Positions 1 through 12,107 of a DNA stretch of 64,000 nt are shown here, one piece after another. The notes beneath the pieces are model-generated. The model did no database searches and was not told where the DNA came from. It saw only the letters and a list, made by a program, of their open reading frames with translations. The position numbers and the translations under genes were made by a program. The stretch is from Fonticula alba ATCC 38817. Lineage: Eukaryota > Protista > Nucleariida. Each line of letters opens with the position of its first letter. The stretch's first letter is position 1. The stretch lies in assembly GCA_000388065.2 (NCBI GenBank), contig KB932202.1. One strand, given 5' to 3'.

Positions 1-556
1 ACACACACACACACACACATCTTCGCGCCCACACCGCCCTATTCTATTTATACATGGCCATGTATGCACTTTCCCCCCGCCCGCTTGCAGCCCGATCATC
101 GCCCCTTTCCCCCGTCCAGCCGGGCTCCCGGGCGACCGCAAGCCGGCCAGAGACAGCCGGGGGCGCTCTCGGCAAGGATGGCAGCTTCTTGCACCCCGGA
201 AAAACGGCATTCTCGCCTCGATGATCGCGCCTCCATTGGCACCTCATGCGCCAACGGTTGCATCCGCAGGTGCCAGGGCCACACTGCCCGGGGGGGGGGG
301 GGGGCCAGTTCCGCCCGAGACCCAGCCCCGCCGCACCGGCCCATTTCCGATCACTCGCCACCTGCCTACGGGCGCTTAAGCGCCCCTCCTCTCTCGTGTG
401 AGATCCTTCTCCCCTCCCTCTCCTCTCCCCTCGCTCCCTTTCCCACCCCTTGCCCCTGCATCCCCCCTGCTCCATTTCCCGCCCCCTTCCCTATCCCCAT
501 CTCTCTCTCTCCCTCTCTCTGTCTCGCACCACCCCCTGCCCTCGCAGTCGAGAACA

Positions 557-1778
557 ATGCTCTTTGCCCCGGAGCTCGCCCCCCTGGACCCGGCCACCTC
601 GCCCTACGGCCTGGCCACGCCGGCACACCTGGCCCTCCTTCGAAAATTCGGTCTCGGCTTCCTCCCCACCGGGCAAATGGTCCATCCCCATCCGGATTCC
701 ATCCCTGCCTGGCTTTTGGAAGAGTGCCCAGGCCTGCGGGACCCGGTGGCTTTGTCGAAGTCCATGCCTAAGGTGGACTTGGAGGCCCTGGCCCCGGTGG
801 CTGCCCCGGGCCCGGATGCCCCGCCATTGGCGAGCCTGACGCTGGAATTGGGCAGCCCCTTCACTTTCGATGTGTTCGGGGGCCGGCATGGCGAAAACCA
901 AGCGCGCTACGAGCAGATCGGCGATGTGGTGGCCCTGCACGTGGAGTGGCTCCTGATGCTGCCGCCCTTCGGCCTGACCCTGGGCACGGTCCCCCTGCCG
1001 GGGAAGGTCCCGGTGTCGGCCTTTTTGGATGCCTCCCCTCGGGAACTGGAGCTCCTCCGGTCGCGCATCTACTTTTCCCCGAACTACGCCACCTGCGAGC
1101 GACTGGTGGTTCTCATCCAGGGAAAGGGGGCAGTGCGTCCGGGCCAGTGGGCTCGGAGCCTGATCATGAACGACAACATGGAGGCCGGTGCCATTTTCCC
1201 GTATTTGCGGGAAATCTTCGCGCGGGGTCTGGGCGTGATCGTTCTCAACCCCAACAACAACCATGTCGAGTTCCCCGGCGCCAAGCGCCTGGTATGTGTT
1301 GACTTTCGCCTTTGCGCCATCTGGCGATCCCCAGCTCACCTGAGACTCCACCCTGCTCCCTTCAACCCACTAGCCGATCCCCGGCAGCGAGAATGCCATC
1401 GCCCACACGCTCTATGTGTGGGAGAACTTCATCCGGTGCGCGCGCCCCCCCCCCCCTCCCTGTCCTTGCCCCTTGCTCCCCACATCCTGTCCTTCCCTGT
1501 CCTGGCTGTTTTTCGCCGGTAACTTCCTCTGACACACGCACACGCACCCCGTCTCCCTTGTATGCTACTCAGTCCCGCTGCCTGCTCGTCCATCGACTTT
1601 GTTGTGCATAGCTTTGGCGGTGTGTGCGCCGTGGAGCTTCTCGCCAAGATCGAGCACCGCCGTGACTTCAAGCGCATCAACCAGGTTCTGTTCACAGACT
1701 CCTTCCACGATGATGATGTCCTGCCCCGGTCCACCCGGGTGTGGCTTTCCAAGGTGCGTGAATATTCCTCCTCCTCCT

Positions 1779-1819
<41 letters not shown>

Positions 1820-2066
1820 CACCTCTCCCCGCTGCGCCCATCCCCCACTCACACACAATGTAACCCCCACCGCACGACAGAACTCGGTCAACTTTGCCGC
1901 CTCTACTCTCCCGGCCGGGACCAAAATCGGCCGCCCCAGCGAAGGGGCACTCCAGGTGTCCGCCGGCCATCCCCGCCATGAGTACTCTTCCTGCAAGGCC
2001 ATGTCCATGGTCATGGCCTGCCTCATGGACAAGGCCCAGTTCCGCCAGCAGTTCGAGCGGCGCTAG
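557..2066 (+). CDS. FAM172A: FAM172A/ARB2A-like (Arb2 domain, alpha/beta-hydrolase fold) protein; exons 557-1291, 1374-1435, 1573-1753, 1881-2066 (~387 aa)
   Basis: Contains LIQGKGAVRPGQWARSLIMND...GVIVLNPN, HTLYVWENFI, FVVHSFGG, ALFTDS-like VLFTDSFH and SAGHPRHE, all colinear with FAM172A as I recall it. GT-AG introns join in frame. Confidence 0.9.
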
Positions 2067-2553
2067 TTCCTTCTCCCCGCCTGATGGCAGGGGACTAGCC
2101 AGCGGGTCAAAGCCACTTTCTTCTCCCCGTGTTCCTCCCCATCCGGATGGAGGTGGGTGTATGAATAGTACTGCCTTTTCCATTCCCAAAACGAGTCTCC
2201 CCCCCCCCCCCCCTCCCCCACATACACACAAACACACACACACACACACACACACAGTGACCGGATGATGTCTCTTTCTTCGGTGCTGTCTCCTTGCGTC
2301 CTGCCTTCCGCGCCTTGGGGCCGGCCGATGGTGCGGGGCGCCGCCCCCGTCTGCGATCCCCCTGCCTGGGGCAGGGTCGTTGGCTGTGTGCTGGGAAATG
2401 CCATGTAGATCACGTGCCAGAAGGGAGTCATGGGCAGAGGCGCCACCGCCACGCCTGCGATCGGCCCGATCTGCGATCTGCTCGAAGGGCCCCCCGGCCT
2501 GGTGTGCCCGGGCGCCAGGAGGCACACTGCCCGGGGGTGGTGGCGATGAAGGT

Positions 2554-2617
<64 letters not shown>
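2554..2617. repeat. G homopolymer (64 nt) upstream of XPC
   Basis: Directly visible. The length may be an assembly or base-calling artefact. Confidence 0.8.
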
Positions 2618-2619
<2 letters not shown>

Positions 2620-2772
2620 GTAAAAAGATGACAAGCCCCAGGCGATCTTTCAGCATATTCCCAGCCCCTGGCCCCCCCCCCCTCTATTGCATGTCCTGCC
2701 TGACTCCCCTCTTCCTGCATTCTCACCAAACCACCGATCTTCAACTCGCTCTCCCTCCGTTTCGCCTGTTCG

Positions 2773-5700
2773 ATGCCCCCGCGGACGAGACGCTCTGTGA
2801 CGGCGGCGGCGACGGCGGCGGCGACGACGGCCGCGGCCGAACAGGGTTCCGATGCGTCATCCGCTCCCGCTGCCCCTGCCACCCCATCCACCACAGTGGT
2901 GGAGCTCCTCTCCGATCCAGCTTGGATGTCGGACAGTGAGTTCGGGGGTGGACATGCCTTCCACGCGGAAAAGGGCTTCAGCATCCTGGCTAGCCCCCAG
3001 CGTGCCCCCACCGGTCGAGTCCTGCGTCCCCGGCGGGCGAACCCCCCCACCGAGGTGATCAGTTTGCTGACCCCGCGGACTTCCCTGCCCCCTCGGCACC
3101 AGCAGCCCCCGCCTGGGCCGCCCCCACCGTGCGCATACCCTCGACCACTTGCTTGCTCGGCCTTCCATCGTGGGGATCCCCCTTGTCTCACGCGTGCCTC
3201 TGTTGGCTTTCTCTTCAGATCTACGGCGCTCCCCATGGCCGAGGCCAGCCACCTTGGCAGTGGCAGCGATGGGGATGACGACGAATTCGAGGACGTCGAT
3301 GTCATATCGCCGGCGGCAGCCCCGGCCGAGCCGACCCTGTCGCAGCATCTTCGCGGGATCTTCGACGGGGCGCACCTCGATGATCTGGCCGCGGTCCTTG
3401 GGCATGTGTCGGCTCCGGATCCCCCTGTTGAGGCCAGGCCCGAGGATGGGCCCGCGACGCCGGTGGCCCCGGGTCCGGCTGCTCCGCGGCATGTTGCCAT
3501 GCCCTTCTCGCTGCCGGGGCTTCTGACGCCGGTCCGGCCTCAAGCCGGGCTTGACCCCGCCGCGGCGGTGACCCCGCTTGTGTCGCAGCCCTCTGACGAG
3601 AGCCAGAGCCAGCTCTTTTCCCCGACTCCCGGGGGGAACATCCTTTTCCAGGGCTCTTCGCAAACTGAAATCACCCACCCGACCTGTGCGGACGAGGGCG
3701 CACAGCATGTTCGCCTTGTCGGTGCTCTGGTGTTTCTGACGCGTGGCATCCTCCGCACCAGGGCCGCTGGCGCTCTGCAGGTGTGTCTCCCCTCGGACGT
3801 TGGTGCCGCTTGCTTTTCGCCATCGGTCTGACGCCCATGCCCCCCCCCCCCCCCTGCCCCGGGACTCTTGCCGATGCACCGAGCAGACGCGAATGGCCCA
3901 CCGGCTGTACCTCCTCTGTCGGGCGCAGCTCGGGCTCTCCTTGCCGGTGGTAGCCACCCGACTGGGGGCCCTGTCGGATGTCGAGGCTTTGTCGATGGAG
4001 TTGCCATGGCGCCGCGCGTCGCACTCGGGCGTCCCCGAGGCCCCCGGCATTGCCAGTCAGGTTGGGCCCTTGTTGTTTGTCTTCCATCGCTTGATGGAGT
4101 CCTTGCAGGCCTGTGCCTCATGGAAGACCTGGTCCTGCCCAGCATGTGCCCTGGATCCGAATCCCGCCAACAAACTCCTCGGCACCCCGGTGCCTGGGTC
4201 GCCGGCCGCGTCGCACGATGCCGCCCTCCTTGCTGCTGACTTGGGCTGGCATTGGCCCGCGCCCGGGGCCAGCGAATGCTGCCGCTCCCGGTCGGGGCAA
4301 AGCGCCCCCCCTCCCGGTGTGCACCGCCTCTTTGAGGCCGATCCCGATGCGGCCTTCCTCCGGGCACTGGTTCGTGTCCCTTCACCCTGGTATATGGTTG
4401 TCTTTCCAGTCTATTGACGGCTCTCGCTTGACTTGCTTCTCGCCCTCCCTTCCGCCTCTGTCTCGCCCTCCCCCAACCACAGTTGTTTGCCAGCCTGGTC
4501 GTCTCGCTGCCGGGCGTGCGGGCGCGCACGGTGCTTGCCTTGCCGGGGCTTGAGGATGATGCACCTCTGCCTCAGGCAGGCTTTAGTTTCCCCTCGTCTG
4601 TTTGGACCCCCTCAGGCGCCCTGCACGCTGAGCCGCCATCGAAGTGCGACCCTCTCTCCCTATTTCTCTCTCGCCCTCGCCCTCGCCCTCGCCCTCGCCC
4701 TCGCCCTCGCCCTCGCCCTCGCCCTCGCCCTCGCCCTCGCCCTCGATGCTTGCCCAGCTCATCGCTTACTCGCATATCCCCTTTTCGGCTTGCTCAAGTC
4801 AACCCGATCCGCAGGCGAGTGCCGGCCTAGCTGCAGCTCTGGCGCGTGGTGTACCCACCGTTTGGGTGGAAATGTGGTGCCCTGACACCCACGTGTGGAT
4901 TTGTGCGTCCGCATTACCCATGGCCCCCTTGGCTATTTTCCCCTGCTGACCTGACCTCACCTGTCACCCCTCTCTCGGACCCAGTGGCCGATGTCGATCG
5001 CGGGGTGGCTGGCTTGACGGAGCGCAGTATGCTCATTCCCCCAGACCCATCCTCCCCGGCGCGCTCGCCGACCAAGCGCCCGAGAGGTTCCAAGTCGCCG
5101 AGCCTCAAGCCGGTCGACGCCCCGACCCGGCCGGTGGTGTGGCTTGCCTTCGAGGCGACCTCCTCCGGGGCTGTTCGCTTGCTGGACCTGACCCATCTTT
5201 GCCGGCAAACGGCCGAGCAGTTGTACCACACCTTCGAGACTGACGGCACTCCGATGCCGGGTGAGGGGGACGCACGCCGGGCATGGTTCGGTGCCCCTGT
5301 CCGGCCACATGATCCGGCCGACATCCTGCGCCTTCCCCTGCCCCCATGGTATGTGGTGGCCGAGCGGGCCCTGGCCGAGGGGGAGCCAGTGTCGGCCGAC
5401 CGGCCGTATCCCCCCTTCGTGGTGACGCCCGCCCGGGCGGCGGCCATTTGCCATCGTCTTCCGGGATTCTACACGGCCTTTTCGCAGCGCGTGAGCCCGA
5501 CTCTCCCGGCTTGGGTGGAGATCGACCATGCGCGAGCCTTCTCCTCGAACCAGCCGACGGCTGCGCCCTGCCGCGGGCCATGCGGCACCCTGGCCGCCAT
5601 CGGGCCGGTCCCCATCGAGCAAGACGAGTCGGACCTTCGTCGTCACACCTTCTCTGGGCTGGCATTGACGGCCGGGCACCTGGTGGCCGGGGTCCCGGCC

Positions 5701-7291
5701 GCGCGTGGGCTTTTGGCCGCCATGACGGTCGTCGATCGGCGTTTGGTGCTTGATGATTTGGCCCGGGCCCTGGAGGCCGAGGCCGCTCGCAGGCACCCCC
5801 TCTCGGCCTTGGACTCCCTGCTGGCGGATCTTGCCCGCGGGGGTCTGTCCTGCGGAGGGCCGCTCATCAGCCGGCTGGATGTGCACGTGCGTGCGCGCAG
5901 CGTCCTGCCATGCCCTTTTGTGTGCCTTTTCCTTTCCTCGTTCCCCATTCTGACGCAGAGATGGTGGTGCTCCCGCATCAGGGCCCCGATGCATTGGACT
6001 TGGCCCTGCCTCCGGGCTTCGTGCTGCGGCTCCTCCGCCGGACGTCGCTGCACCCGCCGCCGACCACCGTGTCCAAGCTCCGGAATCACCCCCAGTACGT
6101 GCCTCATCCCCCGGGCCCCTCCTTTGCCTTTGTCCTGACATGTGTCCCCTCATCCTGCGCTGTGCCGCAGCTATTCAGTTCGCTATCAGATGCGCAAATA
6201 CGAGGAGCTGTGCCCCGGGGCTCGGCCCGTCGGCCGGGTGGAGCTTCGACTTTCCGGGCAAGCCGTGGAGCTGGCCCTTTCCGGTCGGGCTGGCCCCTCG
6301 GACGCCGCGACCACCGATGCCCTGACCGCTGCCTTCCCCGATGGAGCCCACTCGCCAGGCAGTCCATCTTCCTCTCGGTCAGCCAAGTCTCGCCTGTTTG
6401 ACTCGGTTTCCCTGCCCAAGGCGGCGGCGTCCAGCTCGAAGGGCTCGGCGCCGGTGAGACGCCCGTCCGCCAAATCCCCCCCCTCGCAGCCCTCGCGCCC
6501 TCGACGCAAGCGAGCCGCCACTCGGTCCCTCCGTGAGCTGGATTCCGAGGAGTCCGAAGAGGACGACGGGCAGTCTCGATCGCCGGAGCGCCCGCCCTCG
6601 CGCACCATCAGCGCCTCCCCGGCCTCCGGGTCGCAGCTCGGCCTGCCTTTCTTCCAAACGTCGCCCAGCTCGTCACCTGCCTCGATCACCCAGGCCGGCA
6701 AGACGACCACCGTTTTGCTGGATGTCTACCGGCGGAGTGATGTGGTTTTGGTCCGTCATCTTCCCCCCAAGCGTCCCGTTACTTCGAATATGTTCCCGCC
6801 CCTTTGGTTGGCTCTCGCCCCCCACTCTCGATCTTGCCTTCCCTCTCCCCCTTCGCCTCTCTTTCTCCTGTCTCCTCCATGGGTCCCCCACTCACGCCCC
6901 GAACCGACGTAGCTCAATACCCGCGCCGGCTGGCACAAGCAGGGGCGCCAGGTGCGCCCTGGCGAGCGGTCATACAAACTTGTCCGGGCGGTGGGTGCCG
7001 GCAGCCCGGACCGGCCGGCAGCCGAGACGCCTCCACGTCGGCGCCCCCGTCTTGGGGATCCTGCCTCGCCGTCGGATGTTGGACCGCTCGGCTTGCACAA
7101 TCCGGACCCCTTGATCCCGGGGATGGTTGCCCTTTTTGGGGAATGGCAGACCGAGCCCTTCAGCCTGCCGCGTGTGGCCACCACCGAAGAGGGCAAGGTT
7201 CGTGCATGAAAGCAGCCTGCGCGCCCTGCCTGTCCATGTCCACTAACATTGGGTCTTCCCTTGTACCTCCCTTCTCTCTCGCTCTCGCTCG

Positions 7292-7345
<54 letters not shown>

Positions 7346-7499
7346 CNNNNNNNNNNNNNNNNNNNNNNNNNNNNNNNNNNNNNNNNNNNNNNNNNNNNNN
7401 NNNNNNNNNNNNNNNNNNNNNNNNNNNNNNNNNNNNNNNNNNNNNNNNNNNNNNNNNNNNNNNNNNNNNNNNNNNNNNNNNNNNNNNNNNNNNNNNNNN

Positions 7500-7530
<31 letters not shown>

Positions 7531-8536
7531 GCTCTCTCGCTCGCTCTCCCTCTCTCTCTCTCTCGCTCGCTCTCCCTCCCTCTCTCTCTCTCTCGCTCGC
7601 TCTCCCTCTCTCTCTCTCTCTCGCTCGCTCGCTCGCTCTCTCTCTTCCTTCCACTTCCCCACTTCAGCTGATTGTCCCGCGGAATGCCTTCGGCAATGTG
7701 GATCTCTTCCGGCCATGCATGCTCCCGATTGGGTGCCTGTGGATCCGCGGTGCGTGGTAAATGCGCTCTTCCGTCCGGCCCTGGAGCAAATTCCTGGGCT
7801 TCCAGTCCTGCTGCACTCGCTGATCCTCCCCATCCCCTCCCTTGCATGCAGATGTCTCGGCTGCTCGCATCGCGCGAGACATGGAGGTCGACTTCGTTGA
7901 GGCGGTGGTGCGTTGTCTCAGCGCATGATGTCCACACCATCCCCACTGGGTCGATGGGGGAACTAACCATTTGGGGCCCCCTGTGCGGCCTCTCCTCGTC
8001 TCGCATCCACAGGTGGACTTCTCTTTCCGTGGCCGGACCTCCTTCCCGGTGACACGCGGGATCATTGTCGCCGAGTCCCACGCCGAGCGCCTGATCGATG
8101 TGCGTCTGCCTCCTCCCGCAATCCGACCCGCGCCTCGACCCGCGCTCTGACCCGCGTCTCGCCCTCTTCCCTGCGCCCTTCCAATCCCACGTCAAAGGCC
8201 ATCATCCAGTCCCGGGCGCGACGTGCTCAGCGCGAGCAGGCCCGCACCGCCACCCAGAGTACCCGCCAGTGGGGAGAATTTCTGCAACGCGTGGTGCAGC
8301 TCCACCGGCGAGTTCGTCTGCTCGGCCTTGGCCCGGAGTTTTACACCCTCAACCCGATTGTCATCGGAATGCGGTACAGTCACGTCCAGCCCGATCTGTC
8401 CCTGACGGCGGCGGCTCTGGCCGGCGGGCGAGCGGCTCTGGCCGAGCATGCCGGCAACCCGGCCGCCGTGTGGGACCAAGAGGAGGACGCACCGCTGGGC
8501 GGTGGCGCCGCCGAGGACGACTGGGGTCTCTTCTGA
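2773..8536 (+). CDS. XPC: XPC/RAD4 DNA damage recognition protein (multi-exon; N-terminal exon structure approximate)
   Basis: Transglutaminase-like segments LFASLVVSLPGVRARTVLAL and AWVEID. BHD motifs KLRNHPQYV...QMRKYEELCP, LFGEWQTEPF, VPRNAFGNVDLFRPCMLPIGC and FSFRGRTSFPVTRGIIVAES. Confidence 0.85.
4671..4745. repeat. (TCGCCC)n hexamer microsatellite, about 12 copies, in an XPC intron
   Basis: Perfect tandem repeat downstream of a gtgcga donor at about 4644. Confidence 0.9.
7262..7645. repeat. (CT)n/(CTCG) microsatellite-rich XPC intron containing an N gap
   Basis: Directly visible, between the EEGK and LIVPRNAFGNV exons. Confidence 0.85.
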
Positions 8537-9454
8537 CTGCCGATCCTCGCCTCCTTCCATGTGTAATATACGCGGCTGTTGCCTGCCCGATCTCCTTCGT
8601 GCCGATGCCGAACACCCGACTTCGCCCACAACGAGTCACGTGCCCGGGCCGATCGAGGGTCTTTGACCTGGGCACGGGCCGGGGCGCGGAGGACGTCCCC
8701 CGCTGGGCCTGGGTCTTGGGCGGCCCTCGAGAATGGCCGCCTGCCCGCCCGGCCCTGGGGCCATCGTCGCCCGACATGGAGAGTCCCAAAAATGCCGGCT
8801 CCCGGGCAAGGGGACACGCGCCGGAGGCAATGACCCGCTGTAGGCTGCCAGCCAGGCTACACCTCACTGGGCGTCCAGACGTCCAGCAAGATGGGGCGAA
8901 GGGGAGGACCACCCCCTGGAAAGAAGGGGGCCGGGTTGGATAAAGCTCAAGTGCCGGCGGCGACCGGAGATCGCCCCCCCCAGCGCCAAAGGCCAGCATG
9001 CACAGAGAAGGTTGAAAGTGAATCGACCCTCCGAGCATCTGCCATCCCCTTCGAGCCTCCGCCGCGCGGGGGGCCAGGCGCCCCGGCTTATGGGGGATGG
9101 CACTGCGAAGACAAGTGCGGGTGTCTTTGCGGAGGTGGCGCTTCCCGTCGTTCTGTGACGCCTCCCCAATCCAGAATTAAAGATCAAGCTCTCGAGTATC
9201 ATCTGCGTGATCACCTGCTCGACAGGGATTCTGGTGATGATGTCCCCCCCCCCCCGCCAACAAGGGGGAATCTGCACGGGCGTGAGTCTGCCCTTCTCAG
9301 GCACCTTGAAGGGAGCCTGCGTTGAAAGCGCGCCCACTGTCTGAGTATTCTCACCCAAGAACTCATCCTCCCTCCCCTGTGTCACCCACGCTTGCTCCCC
9401 CCTCCCATCCTCGTCCATCCTTCCCATTCCCCTTTCCCACCTACGAACACATCC

Positions 9455-10411
9455 ATGCTCCGCCGCCTCGCCGCCCTCGTGCCTGGGAAGGCCCTGCCAC
9501 CCGGCACGACTCCCGCCTCTGGCGGGAATGTCTTTTCTCGTTCGGCTCAGTCCGCCCTCACGGCCCTGAAGGAAATGGTCGACGGCAAGGTATGCCTTCT
9601 CCCTCCCTCTCTCCCTCCCTCCCTCTCTCTCTCTCCCTCTCTCTCTCTCCCTCTCCCCCTCTCGCTCTCCCTCTCTCGCTCTCCCTCTCTCGCTCTCTCT
9701 CCCTCCCTCTCTCCCTGTCTCTCCCTCTCGCCCTTCCTCTTTCTGACATGCACACGCGCCTCATTGCCAGGACACCCACTTGGTGGGCACCGACCAGTAT
9801 GGCAATGAGTACTACGAGTCGCCGCCGCCAAACCCCCCGGGCCGGCCCCGACGCAAGGTGGTCCCCAAGGGGATGAACCCGCGCGATGTGTACCTCTACG
9901 AGTCTGGGTCCCTGCCGGTCCAGTGGCACTCGTGGCTGACGCACCGGCGGGCGGTTCCCCCTACCCTGGAGGAGATCGCCCGCGACGAGCAGCGCCGACT
10001 CGATATCCAGGAGCGAGCGCGCCTGATCGACCAGCACTGGCGCGAGGTCAAGGCTCAGGGTACGATCTCTTTGGGCTTGTCCTGCTTCCCGCTCCCCTGT
10101 CCTCCTCGCCTGCTGTCCCCCCCCCCNNNNNNNNNNNNNNNNNNNNNNNNNNNNNNNNNNNNNNNNNNNNNNNNNNNNNNNNNNNNNNNNNNCCCGCCCC
10201 CTACCTCCCGCCGATGTCTCCTGGGGTGGGCAGCACTCCGGAGGCTGTGGCCGCGCGCGAGGCCCGTGCCCAGGCGGCCGCCCCGCCCCCCGTCTCCAGC
10301 CCCGAGTATGATCCCATCCTGCCGGTGAAGGAGCTGGTCACCTCGCAGTCTCTGCCGAGCGAGACCTACCAGCCGGAAGCCTGGACCCCGGGGAAGCCCA
10401 ACAAGCAGTAG
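9455..10411 (+). CDS. NDUFA12: NADH:ubiquinone oxidoreductase subunit NDUFA12 (3 or more exons; gap in the last intron)
   Basis: LVGTDQYGNEYYE, LPVQWHSWLTHRRAVPPT and C-terminal YQPEAWTP. The N-terminus is Arg/Ala/Ser-rich, like a presequence. Confidence 0.9.
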
Positions 10412-11185
10412 AGCCGCGCGCGCGCGTTCCTGCGAGCATCTGCCCTGGCGCTTCGTCAGCTTCTCCTTTTCGTCCTTCTCCTCGTCCCGACTGGGGGGTC
10501 TCTGCCCGTCCCCGTTGCCAGCTTGGGTGTGCCCCTTCCTGCCCCGGCTCCGATCAAAATACACATACCTTTAGACCAAAACCCGGGCATGCGAGAGGAG
10601 CGTCTCCCACCGTCTGGCCAAGGGAAAGATTCAGGGGGGGGGGGGGAGGCGCGGACGCGCGGTTCGACAAACACGTTCGCAATCTGGCCCCCGAAAGTGC
10701 TCGCAGACGTGGATCGCGCTCCGGCAGGGCACAGGGGGCCTCGGTCGGGGTGTGCTGCCAACGCAGACACACGCTGAACACCAGATCGCCGGCCAATCGG
10801 CCCGGCAGCTCGTCCCGGGGTGATAGCTCTTGGCGCAGGGCGGGGCGTGGATCACGGCCGAATGTCATGTGAGGTCATTCTGTGGGAATCTTAGCCACAA
10901 GGTGGACTAGTCCCCCCCCCCCCGGCCCCCCCCGCCCCCTGTTTGCACTTGGCAGCCTGGGGTCTTCTTCTCCCCTTCACGTTTGCTTGGTCGCCGGGTC
11001 CCTGTCGAGACAAGCTCGCGAGGATGAGGCCCGCGATCGCGTGAGCAACGGCATGTCGCTCTTCAGGATGCGTGTCGCCGCCTTTGTGGGGATTCGACTC
11101 CCCATGCCTCCCTCTCTCTCCCCCCCCCCTCTCCCTTTCTTGTCACCCTCCTGCACTCTGCTTGCCCCTGCCTAGCTCCGTGCCC

Positions 11186-11791
11186 ATGGTTCTTCCGTAC
11201 AAGCGCGCGCCGCGCCTCGCCACCCTTCTCGTGGCCTGGCCGTGGCCTGGCTGGCCTCGTTGCTGGTCCTGCCGGCGCTGGGACTCGCTGGTGACCCGGT
11301 TTACTTTGTGGCCAAGATTGTGCGCCCCCTCCCGCATGGTGCATGCCCTGCCACTTGTCGGTACACTAACCATGTCTGTGTGGTGTCACGGCCTTGACAC
11401 GCGACACGCGGCACGCACAGTTCCCCCTCTGGCTGGTTGTCACGTTCGGCGCCTACTCGGGGATTTCCATCGGCTGGGCCCTCTTCATGCTGGAGGATTG
11501 CCCCAAGGCCTATGTCCACACCCTCAATGTTCGTGTCCTTCCGGGCAAATGCCCCGCCCTCTTGTCCTCTTTTCTCTGATGCAGCGGTCGCTCCCCCGAG
11601 ATGTCCCTCTCTTTCACACACACACACACACACACACCCTCTGCCTGCTGTTGCCTGACTTGCTCCTTCTCACAACGCCATGCTTCCCCTTTCCGTTCCT
11701 CGCGCAGGACATCCTGGCCGCCCGGTCGGATTTGGCCAAGATGGGTGTCAATCTGGATGCCGGGAAGGTGCCCACCGAGGCCACCGAGTAG
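11186..11791 (+). CDS. DPM3: Dolichol-phosphate mannosyltransferase subunit 3; exons 11186-11319, 11421-11528, 11708-11791; apparent 1-nt deletion in exon 1
   Basis: FPLWLVVTFGAYSGISIGWALFMLEDCPKAY followed by DILAARSDLAKMGV matches the DPM3 pattern (LP.YLLV..G.Y...FHDC...I.EARADL..RG). Two TM segments. Confidence 0.8.
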   Translation: MVLPYKRAPRLATLLVAWPWPGWPRCWSCRRWDSLVTRFTLWPRLCAPSRMVHALPLVGTLTMSVWCHGLDTRHAARTVPPLAGCHVRRLLGDFHRLGPLHAGGLPQGLCPHPQCSCPSGQMPRPLVLFSLMQRSLPRDVPLFHTHTHTHTLCLLLPDLLLLTTPCFPFPFLAQDILAARSDLAKMGVNLDAGKVPTEATE

Positions 11792-12107
11792 AGGCCACCT
11801 CCTTGCCCTGGCCCCTGCACATGTGCGCGATCCTCACATCAAATACACCTTTACACATCCTGCGAGGGTGTTTTTTTCTGCCCCCCTGCTCGCTGGCAGT
11901 CGTGTAGGGCAAGTATAAAGATGCAGGCGGCAGGTGGAAGCGGAGACAGACAGCGGGGCAGACAAGGGAGAGGAGGCGTAGTTATCAGTGTATTTTTGTC
12001 TTTTTTGTTTGTTTGTTTGTTTTTTCCCTTTTCGCCCACATCCAGGAGCGCCTTGTCAGCAGGCGAGCCGGCGCATGGCGGAACGCGAGGGTGTGCCGTG
12101 CGCTCCC

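Noticed and set aside
9100-9132. Two competing short hairpins between XPC and NDUFA12
   Set aside because: Short stems with G-U pairs are expected by chance at this GC content.
9177-9210. AAGATCAAG...AGTATC resembling U2 snRNA
   Set aside because: Lacks the GTGTAGTA branch-recognition sequence, the U2 5' end and an Sm site.
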